Origin: Camelus ferus
Taxonomy: Eukaryota
Assembly (NCBI RefSeq): GCF_009834535.1
Contig: NC_045697.1
Coordinates: forward strand, 60,080,001 to 60,144,000
Length of the DNA: 64,000 nucleotides
Direction: 5' to 3'
Part shown: positions 37,315 to 49,180 of the stretch, in pieces
Layout: the number at the start of each line of letters is the position of its first letter
Numbering within the stretch: position 1 is the stretch's first letter
Notes under the pieces: generated by a model
What the model saw: only the letters and a program-made list of their open reading frames with translations
Database searches by the model: none
Told to the model about the DNA's origin: nothing
Translations under genes and position numbers: made by a program

Positions 37315-38012
37315 TTAATTTCCTTCTTATTTTAAGGAAATCTATTAATAATAATTCTTATATTTTGTTATTACTGATAATAGCTGTCATTTGTTGATTC
37401 TGAACCCCATTTTCTTATGTTTTATTGTAGTATTGTAATAGGTAATATGAAGTTTACAGCCTGTGGTATATTAACCCCAACTCATCACAGTGTTTATCTT
37501 GCTAACTTAGGTATCATTACATTTGTACAAATTCACTAAAAAGCTAGAAAATTTAACTAATATTTAGATCGAAAAATTGAGTGGCTTCCAATCCAAGAAA
37601 TCTTTAAAACCAAGTACAGAAAAGAAATACATAAGTGCACATTTTCTTTTGTTTATTTCCTCCAGAAAATTGTGTATATTTTTTCCTAATCATTAGATAG
37701 TCAGCTTCCAGCACTCTACACTCACAGTCAATAAAGAATTTTTTAAAGGATCTAATATATTAATAAAATAAAGCATAAAAGAAAAACATAAAGTAACTGG
37801 GGCAAATTATATATTCTTTGGGTCACTAACATTGGCATTAAGATTCCAAATAATTTCTTTTTTAGGCCTGGGGTATAGATACAGGTAGTTATAGGCTGGG
37901 AACACACAGCCTCATTCTCCTTGAAGTTACAACATGCCATAGGTTTTTTTACATCACAATCATTTAGAATGGCATTCCAGTTCTCCTAGGACTCCTCAAA
38001 ATTTCTACTTCC
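37315..38012 (-). pseudogene. Candidate pseudo-exons 38012-37798 and 37601 to about 37315
   Basis: GSRNFEES*ENWNAILNDCDVKKPMACCNFKENEAVCSQPITTCIYTPGLKKKLFGILMPMLVTQRIYNLP; tttcttttctgtacttggttttaaag|FLDWKPLNFSI*ILVKFSSFLVNLYKCNDT. Confidence 0.45.
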
Positions 38013-38139
38013 CTAGTGTTAATGCAAGCTTATAGCTAAAGTTTGTCATTATAGTAATAGAACACTTTTGCAGATCGATATATATTTATATATTTTAGAT
38101 AATTATGTCCACATAGGTAAATACTTTACTGTACAAATG

Positions 38140-39400
38140 TTTTAAACTTTTAATCAGGTATAGCATATATGTTAAAAAGAACATATATCATAAGTGTACA
38201 GATCTGTGAATTTCTGCAGATTGAACACATCTGTGTAACCAGTACCCAGATGTAGAACAATAAAAATAACAAAATACCTAATGATAAAAACAATACAGAA
38301 TATTTCTACTTTCCCAGAAGATTCCCCATGCAACCTTCTAGTCACAACCTTCTGTCAAAGGTAACTACCCTTTCAACATACTATAAAATAATAATCTCCT
38401 TGTTTCTGAATTTTTATACAGATTGAATCACACAGTTTTCTCTTTGGCTTTGTCATTATCATTTTGTTTTTAAGATTCATCTATATTGTTGTATGTAGCT
38501 GTGCTCTTTCTATTGTTATTAGTGTGTAGCTTCAACAGTGTTACTCGACCACAGTTAGTAATTTCATCTACTACCACTGGTGAATATTTAGGTAGTCTCA
38601 GGTCAGGGCTATCACGAATACTGAGTTTGTGAACATTCTAGTGTCTATCTTTTGGTGACATTTTTGTTAGGTATATAATTAGTAAAATTTCTAGGCTATA
38701 GAGTTGCCATATCAAGTCAAGTTTTTAAAAATATCACCAATTTTTTTTTCCCCAAAATGGTTGACCATCTTACGTGGCCTTTAGCAGTAGATGTGAATGC
38801 TGTTTGCTCCACATAATCAGAACTTGGTGTTTGAGGCCCTAACTCTTTTAGTAGGCTTTCCATGATTAGTAATAAAATTTAATCCCTGCCCCAGCTTAGG
38901 ATATTTAATTTTGTGAAAGACCTGTTCAATTATTTTCTCTATTCTTCTATTGGATTATGTATTTTACTTTTAGATGAATTTGTAGTATTTATTATATATT
39001 GAAGGTAGAATCATTTATCAGATGCAGAACAGCAGGTATCATCTCCATGTCTGTCACTTGCCGTATCATTTTCTTAATTGTATCTTTCCACAATTCAGTT
39101 TATAATTTTGTACTCTTTGTGAATAGTGTTTATTATATCCTGTAAAATATTTTCAGCCTATGATTATACAGATTTTCTCCTGTGCTTTCTTTCTAAGCTT
39201 TATTATTTACTTTTACACTGAGATCTTCAATCTATCTCAAATTATTTTGTGTTAATATTATGAGGTAGGAGTGAAGATTTTTTTTTTTTAACATGATTAT
39301 CTACTTGGCTTTTACCACTTACCAAAAAGTGAATCTATTTCACATCTCAGTGTGTGGTCACCTTTGCCATAAATTCCATAATCACATTTTAACTCAGTAT
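38140..39400 (-). mobile_element. Old L1MC/MD/ME 3' portion
   Basis: atcataagtgtacagatctgtgaattt...catctgtgtaaccagtacccagat. Confidence 0.75.
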
Positions 39401-39499
39401 ATATTGGACATCTGAGATGATCAATTCACCATCGTAGATGTTTAAGGTAAAGTTATGAATGTGAGATAATAATCCCTATGAGGGATGATTTATCTCTAA

Positions 39500-40260
39500 A
39501 TACATTAAGAAGTAAATGTAATACAAGACACATTGATAAATGCTGTAACGAAGTCATTACAGAGGTGCTAAAGCAGCACTGTAATTGTTTCTAGTAGATG
39601 GGAAAAAATTCCTTGTGGTAGTCATTGATGTATGAGAATGGGGGAAAGATGTGAAACTAGGTGCTCATCGCAGGAGGTGGAGGAGCCACTGGGAATGGAA
39701 GATTGGATCTCTTAGATAGCAGAGTATCAATATGTTGCCAAGTCTTTTAGACTTACTTTTGTAAGTGTCTTTAAAAACTTCTAGCAGTAAAATTACTGAC
39801 ACGTGTTTTTGGAGGTAATTATAGTGGGCAATAGATTTCTAAGGGCAGATAGTAGAAACAGTGATCAGATTGGAGGTTTTCCAACTGACAAGGAGTCAAT
39901 TAACCAGGCCAGAGAAATAGAATAAAAAAGAACAAGAAGATTTTTAGAAACATTTTAAGATCTGGAGGACTTGCCGATTGACCAGTTTTAGGGATGAATG
40001 TGGTAGAAATCATGGCTTAGGCAATCTGTGGATTTAATGTCATCAATGGGAAACCATAGGAGGAAGGGGGAGCACAGAATCACAGAAGAATGAGGATAGG
40101 AGGATGATGATCTCAGTGTGACATCATAATATAAATTTCAAATTTGGAAGAGAGCTTATAGTAATAGGGGGCAAAATTTGAGATCATCTTCAGAATTAAT
40201 CTTGAAAATTAGGTTGAGAGCACACAGTGTATGAGTATGCATTTGAATTCAAGGAAGAGT
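39500..40260 (-). mobile_element. L2 fragment
   Basis: ggaggacttgccgattg...ggcttaggcaatctgtggat; highly diverged. Confidence 0.5.
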
Positions 40261-40504
40261 AAGGGATGTATTTTTAGGAAGCCCGGGATTATTGTTAATT
40301 TTAGCCACTAAGTTTCAGTGCCTTGTTTTGCAGCAGTGTAAAAATTGAAGTTTGTTTCTAAGGAAAATATTTTCACGCTTGTTTATTGAATAAGGGGAAA
40401 AAAGACTGAGAAAGGGTGGGAGGGGCTATCCTCATCAGCGGAGAGCTGAGAGGGGGCGGTTGGGACCTCACAAGAAGAATTCTTAGAGATGCTATCTCAG
40501 TTAC

Positions 40505-41155
40505 TTTCCTGAATGTTCACTAGTTATCTGTACAAAAATAACATAAAACTTGTGGATAGGTCTCAACACGTTGAACTGGAATCTGCTTTCATTTCAGGCT
40601 AATGGAGATTTCTCATGCTGATTCATAGCAGTGGTGGAGCCGGTGCTGCTGCTCTGTACATTAGTGGATGAAAGCCTTTCTCCAATTTAGTTATGACCTT
40701 TTCTTTTCCATTATAGAATGACACATAATGGGTCTTAATGTTCTTTCTGCAAGTGGATTAAATGCAAACTTAATTTTTTTTAAAAATTAGCATTTGATCC
40801 AGTAGCTCTTGAAAGAGATATATAAAATATTCAGGATAATCATTTTATCCTGCTTATCATTATTTATTTCATTCTGCTTATCACTGCCCTTTGCTCTTAC
40901 GTCAGGATAGTTCTTGTCAGTATCACATGAATAAATACTATGAAGTGGAAGTTCAACTTGTGGCTTTCTTAAGAAATTTTAGGCAAGGGTTTCAAGAGAT
41001 TTAAAAGGAAAACTGGCCTTTATCCAAGAGAACCTAACTTAAATCTGAATCATCTTTGGAGCTATAAATTTGTAAAACATTATTCTGATAAATACTTTCT
41101 TTTGACACAAATTGTTGAACATCATGGTAATGCATTTGAGACTATATATAGCTCA
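40505..41155 (-). pseudogene. Candidate pseudo-exons about 41155-40901 and 40807-40505 (303 nt, phase 1->1), separated by a 93-nt GT-AG intron
   Basis: Donor c|gtaaga, acceptor tctctttcaag|; ...SDLS*VLLDKGQFSF*IS*NPCLKFLKK...; LLDQMLIFKKN*VCI*STCRKNIKTHYVSFYNGKEKVITKLEKGFHPLMY...IQE|gtaact. Confidence 0.5.
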
Positions 41156-41259
41156 CTTAAAACAAGGTTGTTTATTTATTTGTGAGTAATTTAAAAATAG
41201 GATTTATGGTATCTTACATATTTAAATAAAATACAGCATAAGTTAGAAGTGAGCACTCA

Positions 41260-41320
41260 GCCTTTTCCTCTTTCTTTTCCCCTTCCCTTCCTTTCTGTCT
41301 TCTTCCCTTCCCTTCTCCAC
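41260..41320 (+). repeat. (CTTCC)n-like pyrimidine tract
   Basis: Visible directly. Confidence 0.8.
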
Positions 41321-41369
41321 AATTCTATCCAAAAGCATTGGATGGAATCAAGTAAAGTAAAGCACAAGA

Positions 41370-42850
41370 GAATACGGGGAGCAATGGTGGTCCAGAGCTA
41401 GGTGTCAGAGTCCAGGCAAGGTGAGGTGTCTACATGGGGAAATAAGAGCACAACTTAGCATGAAGTGTCAGTATAAATTGTGCATGCAAGGATTCTACAC
41501 AGGAGGAAGCCCAGTGGGCAGTATCAGAGCCTGTACATCATGAAAGGACATTTACACAAGGTAGCTGCTTAGCACATGCAGTCAGATCCTGAGTGGGGTG
41601 AGAAAAGTAAAGTTTCCACTGGAGGGGGGGATGGGGAGGGGCTGGCACAGGGTGTAGGAGCCTGGGAGCGGTTTGGGTGGCAATACAGGGAAGTAGGCAA
41701 TGCAGGGTGTTGGAGCTTAATTGTGTCAAGGCTGTGGGGGTGGTGGTGAGGCATTGCATGAGAAGGGGAGCTGGCTTGGCTATATGAAGCAAGGAGAATA
41801 GCTAAGTGGTGAGATAGCTCATAATGGGGTATCAGAATCCAGGTGAGGTGGGAAGGTTATCAGTATGGTAGCAGGTGAGCCCCATAAGGGATCGAGTCGA
41901 AGCAGAGTGAGTAGGGCTTTCACACAGGGGACAGTCAGGTGTGAGATGTCAGAACCCATTAAAGATTTTAAAGGACATCAATATATAGGGTATTATAGCT
42001 GTGCAGGGAGGCAAGTCAGCCTAGAGTGTTGGAAGTAGACCAGATGGGGCAAAAGAAGCAAATGGCATGAGAGGGTATCGGTCTCAGGTGTCAGAGACTG
42101 AGAGGTGTAATAAGGGCATTCACTCACTGGAACAGGACAGCGCAGAGGGTCAGAATCAGGTGAGGTGAAGAGGGTCACTCGAGGTCAGCTAAATGTGAAG
42201 TGTCATAGCACAAGTGCTGTGGGGAGAGTGTCTGGACAGCAGTTTGGAAGAGGATGCTAGTGCACAGCAAGGGAGGAGAGGGAAGAGTCCAACAGACAGA
42301 AAGTGAATTCAGTGATCTAAGGGGTATCTTTAATAATGGGGAAATTGAAGCAGTGCCACCTGAGAGGATGAAATGGGAAGTACTTCCTGCCAGAGATGTA
42401 TAACCCATACCTAAATGGGGGGTAAAGTCAGACAAACCCAAATTGAGGGACATTCTACAAAATAACTGTCCTGTAATCTTCAAAAAAGTGTCAAGGCTGT
42501 TAAAGTCAGGGAAAGTAAAAACTGTTCCAGATTGATGGAGCTGAAATATGACTAAATACAACCCATGAATCTGAGCTGGATTTTTGCCTTAAGGGATATT
42601 ATTGGCACAGTTGGAGAGACTTCCGTGTGGTCTTGGGATTAGGTGTTAGTAATGTGTCAGTGATAAATTTCTGATTTTGATGGCTGACTTGTGGTTGTGT
42701 AGGAGAATATAGTTGTTTTAGAAAATACATACTGAGGAAACCAGAAATGATGCAGCATCCTGTCATTTCTCAGATGGTTCAGAAAAAAGGTATTGAATTA
42801 CATTCAACCTTTTGGTAATTTTGAGATTGTTTCACAATAAAACAAATGAA
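41370..42850 (+). mobile_element. L1MC3/4-like 3' region including a G-rich degenerate repeat of about 60 bp
   Basis: tcagacaaacccaaattgagggacattctacaaaataact; repeated ggtgtcagag...ggtgagg. Confidence 0.75.
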
Positions 42851-42927
42851 AAGTAAATGAGAAGCAAAGAGAAAACAGGGATAAAAATGAAATATTGGAC
42901 TAAGGAGAAAGTGTTTTAAAAACCCAC

Positions 42928-43308
42928 CACTTAATATGGATAACTCTCAAGTATGGTTTCATTCTTCTACACAGAACAGAAAATGAATCTGATTGTTTTA
43001 AGTTTTTCCAGTTCTCCCAATTTGTCGTGATTCACTAAAGTGTTGTAACTTTGTGTGAGCAAATACTGTCTGATAAATTTTTCAGAAATTTCTGAATCTG
43101 TTGATCCAATATGTAAAAGTATAATTTGTCCAGACTCTTGAATCACATTAAAGTGGTATTAGAGAAATTTTTAAAATAATCCTTACATTTTTGGATAAGT
43201 AATAAATGCTAAATACATGATTTTAATTGTATGATAGTCTCCATTTTTATATGTTTATAGTATTTCATAGGATTAAGAAAAAATTTGGTTTTTTTGCTTT
43301 TCCTTCAT
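42928..43308 (-). pseudogene. Candidate N-terminal pseudo-exons 43308-43187 (ATG) and 43136-42928
   Basis: MKEKQKNQIFS*SYEIL*TYKNGDYHTIKIMYLAFITYPK|gtaagg; SGQIILLHIGSTDSEISEKFIRQYLLTQSYNTLVNHDKLGELEKLKTIRFIFCSV*KNETILESYPY*V|gtgggt (55 open codons). Confidence 0.45.
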
Positions 43309-43419
43309 TGAAAGATCATGTTTTATATATAAGGAGTAGGAGAGACAATACCACATAGTAGAGAAAATACAATAGAATCAAGAATGCAGAGAGACAAAGT
43401 TTCAATCCCAGTTCAGCTG

Positions 43420-45295
43420 TTTTTTTTTAAATTTATTTATTTTATTGAAGTACAATGGATTTACAATGTTTTAGTTTCAGGTATACAGCAAGGTGTTTCA
43501 GTTCTTTTCCATTCTTTTTTCATTATAGTTTGTTACAAGGCATTGAATATAGTTCCCTGTGCTATACCAGTATGTCCTTGTTGTTTATCTATTTTATATA
43601 TAATAGTGAGTATATGTTAATCCTAAACTCCTAATTTATCCCTCCTCCCCACCATTTTCCCCTTTGGTAACCATAATTTGTTTTCTATGTCTATGAGTCT
43701 ATTTCCAGTTTGAAAATAAGTCATTTGTATTTTTTTTTGATTCTTCATATAAGTGATATATGGTGTTATTTTTTTATCTTTCTGGCTAACTTCACTTAGT
43801 ATGATAATCTCTAGGTCCATTCATGTTAACTGCAAAAGGCATTATTTTATTTTTTTTTTATTATTGAGTAGTATATCATTGTATCAATATACCACAACTT
43901 CTTTGTTCAGTAATCTGTCAATGGACATTTATGTTGCTTCCATGTCTTGGCTATTCTAAGTAGTGCTGCTGTGAACATTAGGGTGTATGGATCTTTTCAA
44001 GTTAGAGTTTCTTCCATATATATGCCCAGGAGTGGAATTGCTGGATTATAGGGTAAGCCTCTTTTCAGTTTTTTTGAGGAATCTGTGTACTGTTTTCCAT
44101 AGTGGCTGCCCCAGACTACATTCCCACCAACAATGTAGGAGGATTCCTTTTTATCACACCGTCTCCAGGATTTATTATTTGTAGACTTTTTAATGATGGC
44201 CATTCTGACTAGTGTGAGGTGGTACTTCATTGTAGTTTTGAACTGCATTTCTCTGATAATTAGCAATATTCAGCATCTTCTTCATGTGCCTGTTGGCCAT
44301 CTGTATGTTTTCTTTGGAGAAGTAGCTGTTTAGGTCTTCTGCCCATTTTAATTGGGTTGTTTGTTTTTGTGACATTAAGCTGTATGGGCTGTTTGTATAT
44401 TTTGGAAATTAATCCCTTGTCAGTCTCATCATTTGCAAATATTTTATCCCATTTTGTAGGTTGTCTTTTTATTTTGTTTATTGTTTCCTTTGCTATGCAG
44501 AAGCTTTTAAGTTTAATTAAGTCTCATTTGTTTATTTTTGCTTTTATTTCCATTATTCTAGGAGACAGATTGAAAAAAAAATTGCTGTGATTTATGTCAA
44601 ATAATGTTCTGCCTATGTTTTCTTCAAGGAGTTTTAGAGTATCTGGTCCTACATTTACGTATTTAATCCATGTTTAGTTTATTTTTGTATATGGTGTTAG
44701 AGAATGCTCTAATTTCATTCTTTTACATGTAGCTGTCCAGTTTTCCTAGCACTACTTATTGAAGAGACTGTCTTTTCTCTACTATAAATTCATACCTCCT
44801 TTGTCTTAGATTAATTGACCTTAAGTGTGTGTGTTTATTTCTGTGCTTTCTGTCCAATTCCATTGATCTATGTGTCTGTTTTTGTGCCAATACCATGCTG
44901 TTTTGATTACTGTGGCTGTGTAGGATAGTCTGAAGTCAGAGAGTGTGATTTCTCTAGCTCCATTCTTCTCTCTCAAGATTGTTTTGGCTATTCTGGGTCT
45001 TTTGTGTTTCCATACAAATTTTAAAATTTTTTGTTCCAGTTCTGAGAAAAATGTCAGTGGTAATTTGATAGGGTTTGTATTTAATCTGTGTATTGCCTTG
45101 GGTAGTATGGCTGTTTTAACAATATTGATTCTTCCAATCCAAGAACACTGTATTTCTTTCCGTCTGTTTGTATTGTCTTCAATTTCTTTCATCAGTGTCT
45201 CACAGTATTCAGAGCACAGGTCTTTTGCCGTCCTAAGTAGGTTCATTCCTAGGTATTTTGTTCTTTTTGATGTGATGGTAAATGGGATTGTTTGT
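43420..45295 (-). mobile_element. 5'-truncated cetartiodactyl-type L1 with frameshifted ORF2 C-terminus
   Basis: ORFs 44821-45246 ([21 protein letters not shown]...[16 protein letters not shown]) and 43997-44266 ([26 protein letters not shown]) are L1 ORF2; polyT at 43420. Confidence 0.95.
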
Positions 45296-45439
45296 CCAAT
45301 TTTTAAATTCTAAAAATTAAAACAAATTTTAAAAATTCTACCTTTGAACAAATTATTGTCACTAAAATTTCATTTTGTCTTTCATAAAAAGGGAACAAAT
45401 ATATCCAGCTTGCAGGATTTTAACAATAATTCGCTATGG

Positions 45440-45700
45440 AGATCTGTATACTATATGGATATGTAATATGGATGTATATGAATGGAGAAAATGTGATGTG
45501 GTATGCCAGGGGATGGATGTAGATAGGTAGATAGATGGATATAGATGTACAGATATAGATACAGAGAAATGTATACATACGCAGTAGATATTTAGATAGA
45601 TATCTACATCTAGATGTCTTTATATTTATATCTGTATATATTTTGAGGGAGAAACAAAGAGAGAGAGTCTGATAGACAGACCCATCCATCCCCTGGCACA
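45440..45700. repeat. Degenerate (TA)/(GATA)/(GA) simple repeats
   Basis: Visible directly. Confidence 0.75.
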
Positions 45701-46489
45701 TCATATACAGGCTTCCATAGCTCATATTTAATTGTTGCTATTTTTAAAGCCTTGACTTCCTAAAAATACCTAATGAGAGTACACACAGAGTAGCAGAAAA
45801 TTCTGAGATATTATAAAAATATAACAATTGTTAAAATAACTCCCTGAAGTCTGTGTGCAGGAGGTCTATGTACAGGAAGGTGTGGGTGGACTCACACTCC
45901 CAACAGGCTGACCGTCCTGCTTTCCTGAGGGCAGGCGCACTGTGCTGATCGGCTTGTCTGACACTGATAGTTGGAATGACTCTCAGAACTCTCATGCTGC
46001 TAGCCACATGCACAGACATCCTCTAAAAATTATTCTGATTTGTGCACAAGTGAATGGCCAGAGTTGTGGGTTCTATGGATACAAATACATTGACATGTAT
46101 TTGACATATGCTTTGACATATACTTATCTCTGAAGATATAGGCCTCATTTTAAGGTGAATGTATTTTGCTAATAGGTAGGTCAATACTTTGAAAATCAGC
46201 CCCAACTTTAAATTCCAACAAGGGAGTTTATTTTGGAAAAAAAAATGTATTTGTTTAAAGTCAGTGATAATGTCTTAAAGTATCCATGCATCACACAAAT
46301 CCAGATGTTTTTATATTGAGTTTATATAAAGTGATACAAACCAGTATCTGTTATATTCTGATCAAAAGCATTTATTTTCAGGAGATTAGATAGAGTTAGA
46401 TACTAACCAGAGTCGTCTTCTTACTATGAAGGCCTAATACAGTTATGAATTTAACAGTAAATAATTGCCCATTCTTATTTTTATTTCTT

Positions 46490-47170
46490 CTTATTCATGT
46501 ATACAATTTAACCATCTTTAAACATATGGCAGGCCTTAGGGCCTTAGGATACAGTGATGGAAAAAGTCCCTGCCCTCAGAAAGTTTGCTATGTCCTGGAG
46601 AGACAGGCCACTAACCAGACATATAGAACCAAAATATACACAAGGAGAGCCTATCAGAGATGTCAGCACTGGCCAAGGGGATAGACAGAAGCTTAGGGAG
46701 ACTTGGCCAGGAAGCTTCTCCTTGAAGCACTGATAAGAATCACATGAAAAGGAGAGTGCTGTATGGGATGATCCATCTACGAGCAGAAGCAGGCAGCGGA
46801 GAGAGCATCTCACGGTCAGGCAATCACAAGAGGTTCAGTTGAGTTGGGTTACTGAAAGACAAGGGTAGTGGTAGAAGGTGGATCTGAAGCGTTAGACGAG
46901 GCCAGCTCATCACACATCTTTTATGATACAGTAATCATAGTGGCCGTGTGATTCTTCATCCAACAAGGACACATCTTAAAAATAAACAGGGGTACCGTTA
47001 ATGGTAATGCTGGCATAATAAGCCTAAGTCAAGACAGTCTTTAGCAAGCTAGACTAATGATCCACAACCTGTTAAGAAATTTAGGCTTTATGCTAATGGG
47101 TAATCTTCCAAAACTTTTAACTGGAAATCAGATATTTAAAGAGTATCTTGTCTACTCTTGAGTAATAATG
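46490..47170 (-). mobile_element. L2 fragment with an inserted MER94-like hAT-Blackjack (about 46937-47070)
   Basis: aagtccctgccctcagaaagttt; gtggccgtgtgattcttcatccaacaaggacac...aagacagtctttagcaagctagac. Confidence 0.5.
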
Positions 47171-47599
47171 ATGCTGGATAATATATGCATATAGATCTTA
47201 GAACTTTTACAAAGTTGGAATGAACAGGAAAACATTTGGAGCAATTTTACATAAGCAAATTCTCCAGCAGCTAAAAGGCTGATTGGACTTCTGCCTTCCA
47301 GTTGAGGCAGGTGAGGTATGTAGGAAATCTACATTGCCTTTCAGGCCACCAGGTACCACTGGGGAAATTACTCCACTGAAAGAGTCAATGCAGCTTTCAA
47401 ACTTGCTTAAAGGGAATGTTTTGGGTAGTTAGACACTGAGAAAGTCTAGCTTATCATCACTCTATCTGAAAAACCCTCAGACCCTAGAAATTGAAATCAT
47501 AAGTGAAATTGTAGAGCCCCTTGGTGTCTACTAGAGATGTCCTATTACCACTTAACATTTTATTCTGTTTTGCCTGGTTAGCACTGAAAATTCACAAAA

Positions 47600-48400
47600 G
47601 GCAAACCACAAAGTTAGTTCTTTCTTTATTTCTGCCAGTATTAACTGCAAATGGCTTTAGGGGTGTGTTTTTAAAGGAAAGAGAGCACGTAACAGTGTTC
47701 CACTGGCAGCTTCGCTGTGCTCCGTGTAGCCTGTTTCATATACGCTGGTGAATCTCAATTTTAACATTAAGCAGTTAAACAGATTGTAGGTTTTTCAGTG
47801 GCATTATATAAGAAGTCAGAGAACTTGACATTCTTTTCCTACTTATTCTATAGGCACACTCATTCTGGCTTTCAGATTCATTTGGTAAGTTGGCAGGCTT
47901 TCTAGCTAGACGCTGTCTCCATAAAGAAGGTCAGCGAATTTACTGACTGTATGATCAGTAGGCAACTTATAGATATGCCGTTTTCTATTTCACATAGAAA
48001 GAATTTTCAGAATGGAAAAATTTTCTGTAAAGCTCTTTGAGAAGAGAACAGCTGGGCACCCAGAGATCTGTTTCCCTAATGCAAGTGTAAAGCAATTTGA
48101 AGGGGCTCCTTCAGATGTACATTTTCAAAGAACTGTGCTGCAAATAGTTGCCATTAGAGGCTGTTACAGAAACCCCGTTGCGACTCTCAGGAGGAGATGC
48201 TGAAGAACTTCTGGTAAGAGCTTCTGAGATCTGTGACCCCCAGGGAGCGATGCCACTGACAGCTGCTGGGAACTGTCAAGAGTAACAGAACCAGTGAGAG
48301 ACATCGGGAAGAATCACAGAGAACAACGGACATATTTGCTGAAAGTGAGTAAAGGAGCTGATGAAAACTACTGTCTCTGAAAGAAGAAACTTAGGTAATC
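47600..48400 (+). promoter_or_regulatory. Candidate promoter / non-coding first-exon region
   Basis: TATATAAG at 47805-47812; consensus donors ttg|gtaagt (47885), ctg|gtaaga (48214), aaa|gtgagt (48345); about 12 CpGs in about 650 bp of non-repeat DNA. Confidence 0.45.
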
Positions 48401-48799
48401 AACTGCTTAAGGGACAATTTTGGTTAAACACTTCATAGAATCTGATGGGATTTGAGGCTAGAAACTCTTGTTGCAAAAAGAAGCAAAATAAAGTCACTTA
48501 ATTTCTTCTAAAGCATGAGACCCAGGAAAGCCAGAAAAGAAAACAGTGAGTTACATATGAGCATTGCTTTATCAAAACTATTGCCCATTTAGGAAAATTC
48601 TCCTATTTTGGTCTTGTTCAATAAAATTAATCATGTGTGTGAAATCACTGCTGAAGAATTAGATAGCCAGGTGTACCAAACAGATTTACATATGAAGGAA
48701 CTAAATCATTATTTAAATAGTGTTGTAACTCATTTTTACTTTCCAAATAAATAGCTTTAATAATTTCAAACATATAAACAATGAAATTAGTTTAAAGCT

Positions 48800-49180
48800 A
48801 TTGCCATGATCATTCAGTTCCTTGAATGTTCCAAAACCCTTTCTTGTCTCATGACTTTTGTACTCATATTCCTTATATCTAGAATATTTTTTCTACTCTG
48901 TACTTGGTTAATTCCAATTCATCCTTCATATGTATCGTTAAATATTGCTAACCTCTTCAGTAAAGACTTCCCTTACCATACTTACCACTCAGCACTCTTT
49001 TATTTTCCCTCAAGGCACTTATGAAAATACAGAATTAGATAATTATTTTACTTATATTTTCTTTCACTAGATTGTTCGCTGTATAAGGCCAGGTTCATAT
49101 CTTTTTTGGAGGGTACAGGGTTTACTTCATGCCTAGCAGAGTGCTTGTCAGCCTTGTTCCTCCATAAATGTTTATTTCAC
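48800..49180 (+). mobile_element. L2 3' fragment
   Basis: tgcctagcagagtgcttg...ctccataaatgttta. Confidence 0.6.

Larger units (their letters stand above)
639..43308 (-). pseudogene. Unprocessed multi-exon pseudogene, tentatively RGS22/RGSL1-like multi-RGS-domain gene; may continue beyond the window start
   Basis: Exon-like islands (polypyrimidine+AG ... GT donor) all lie on the minus strand in non-repeat gaps. The core 24015-639 is phase-consistent over 14 junctions, with about 50 in-frame stops. The family assignment is by eye only. Confidence 0.7.

Noticed and set aside
41395..42200. CRISPR-like repeat/spacer array
   Set aside because: This is eukaryotic DNA, the repeats are degenerate along their whole length, and they are contiguous with an L1MC 3' end.
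43623..45313. Cluster of long ORFs as a host gene or active L1
   Set aside because: These are frameshifted L1 ORF2 remnants and their antisense frames; the element is 5'-truncated.
48012..48203. 63-aa plus-strand ORF near the promoter candidate
   Set aside because: No recognisable homology or coding features; its length is within chance expectation.
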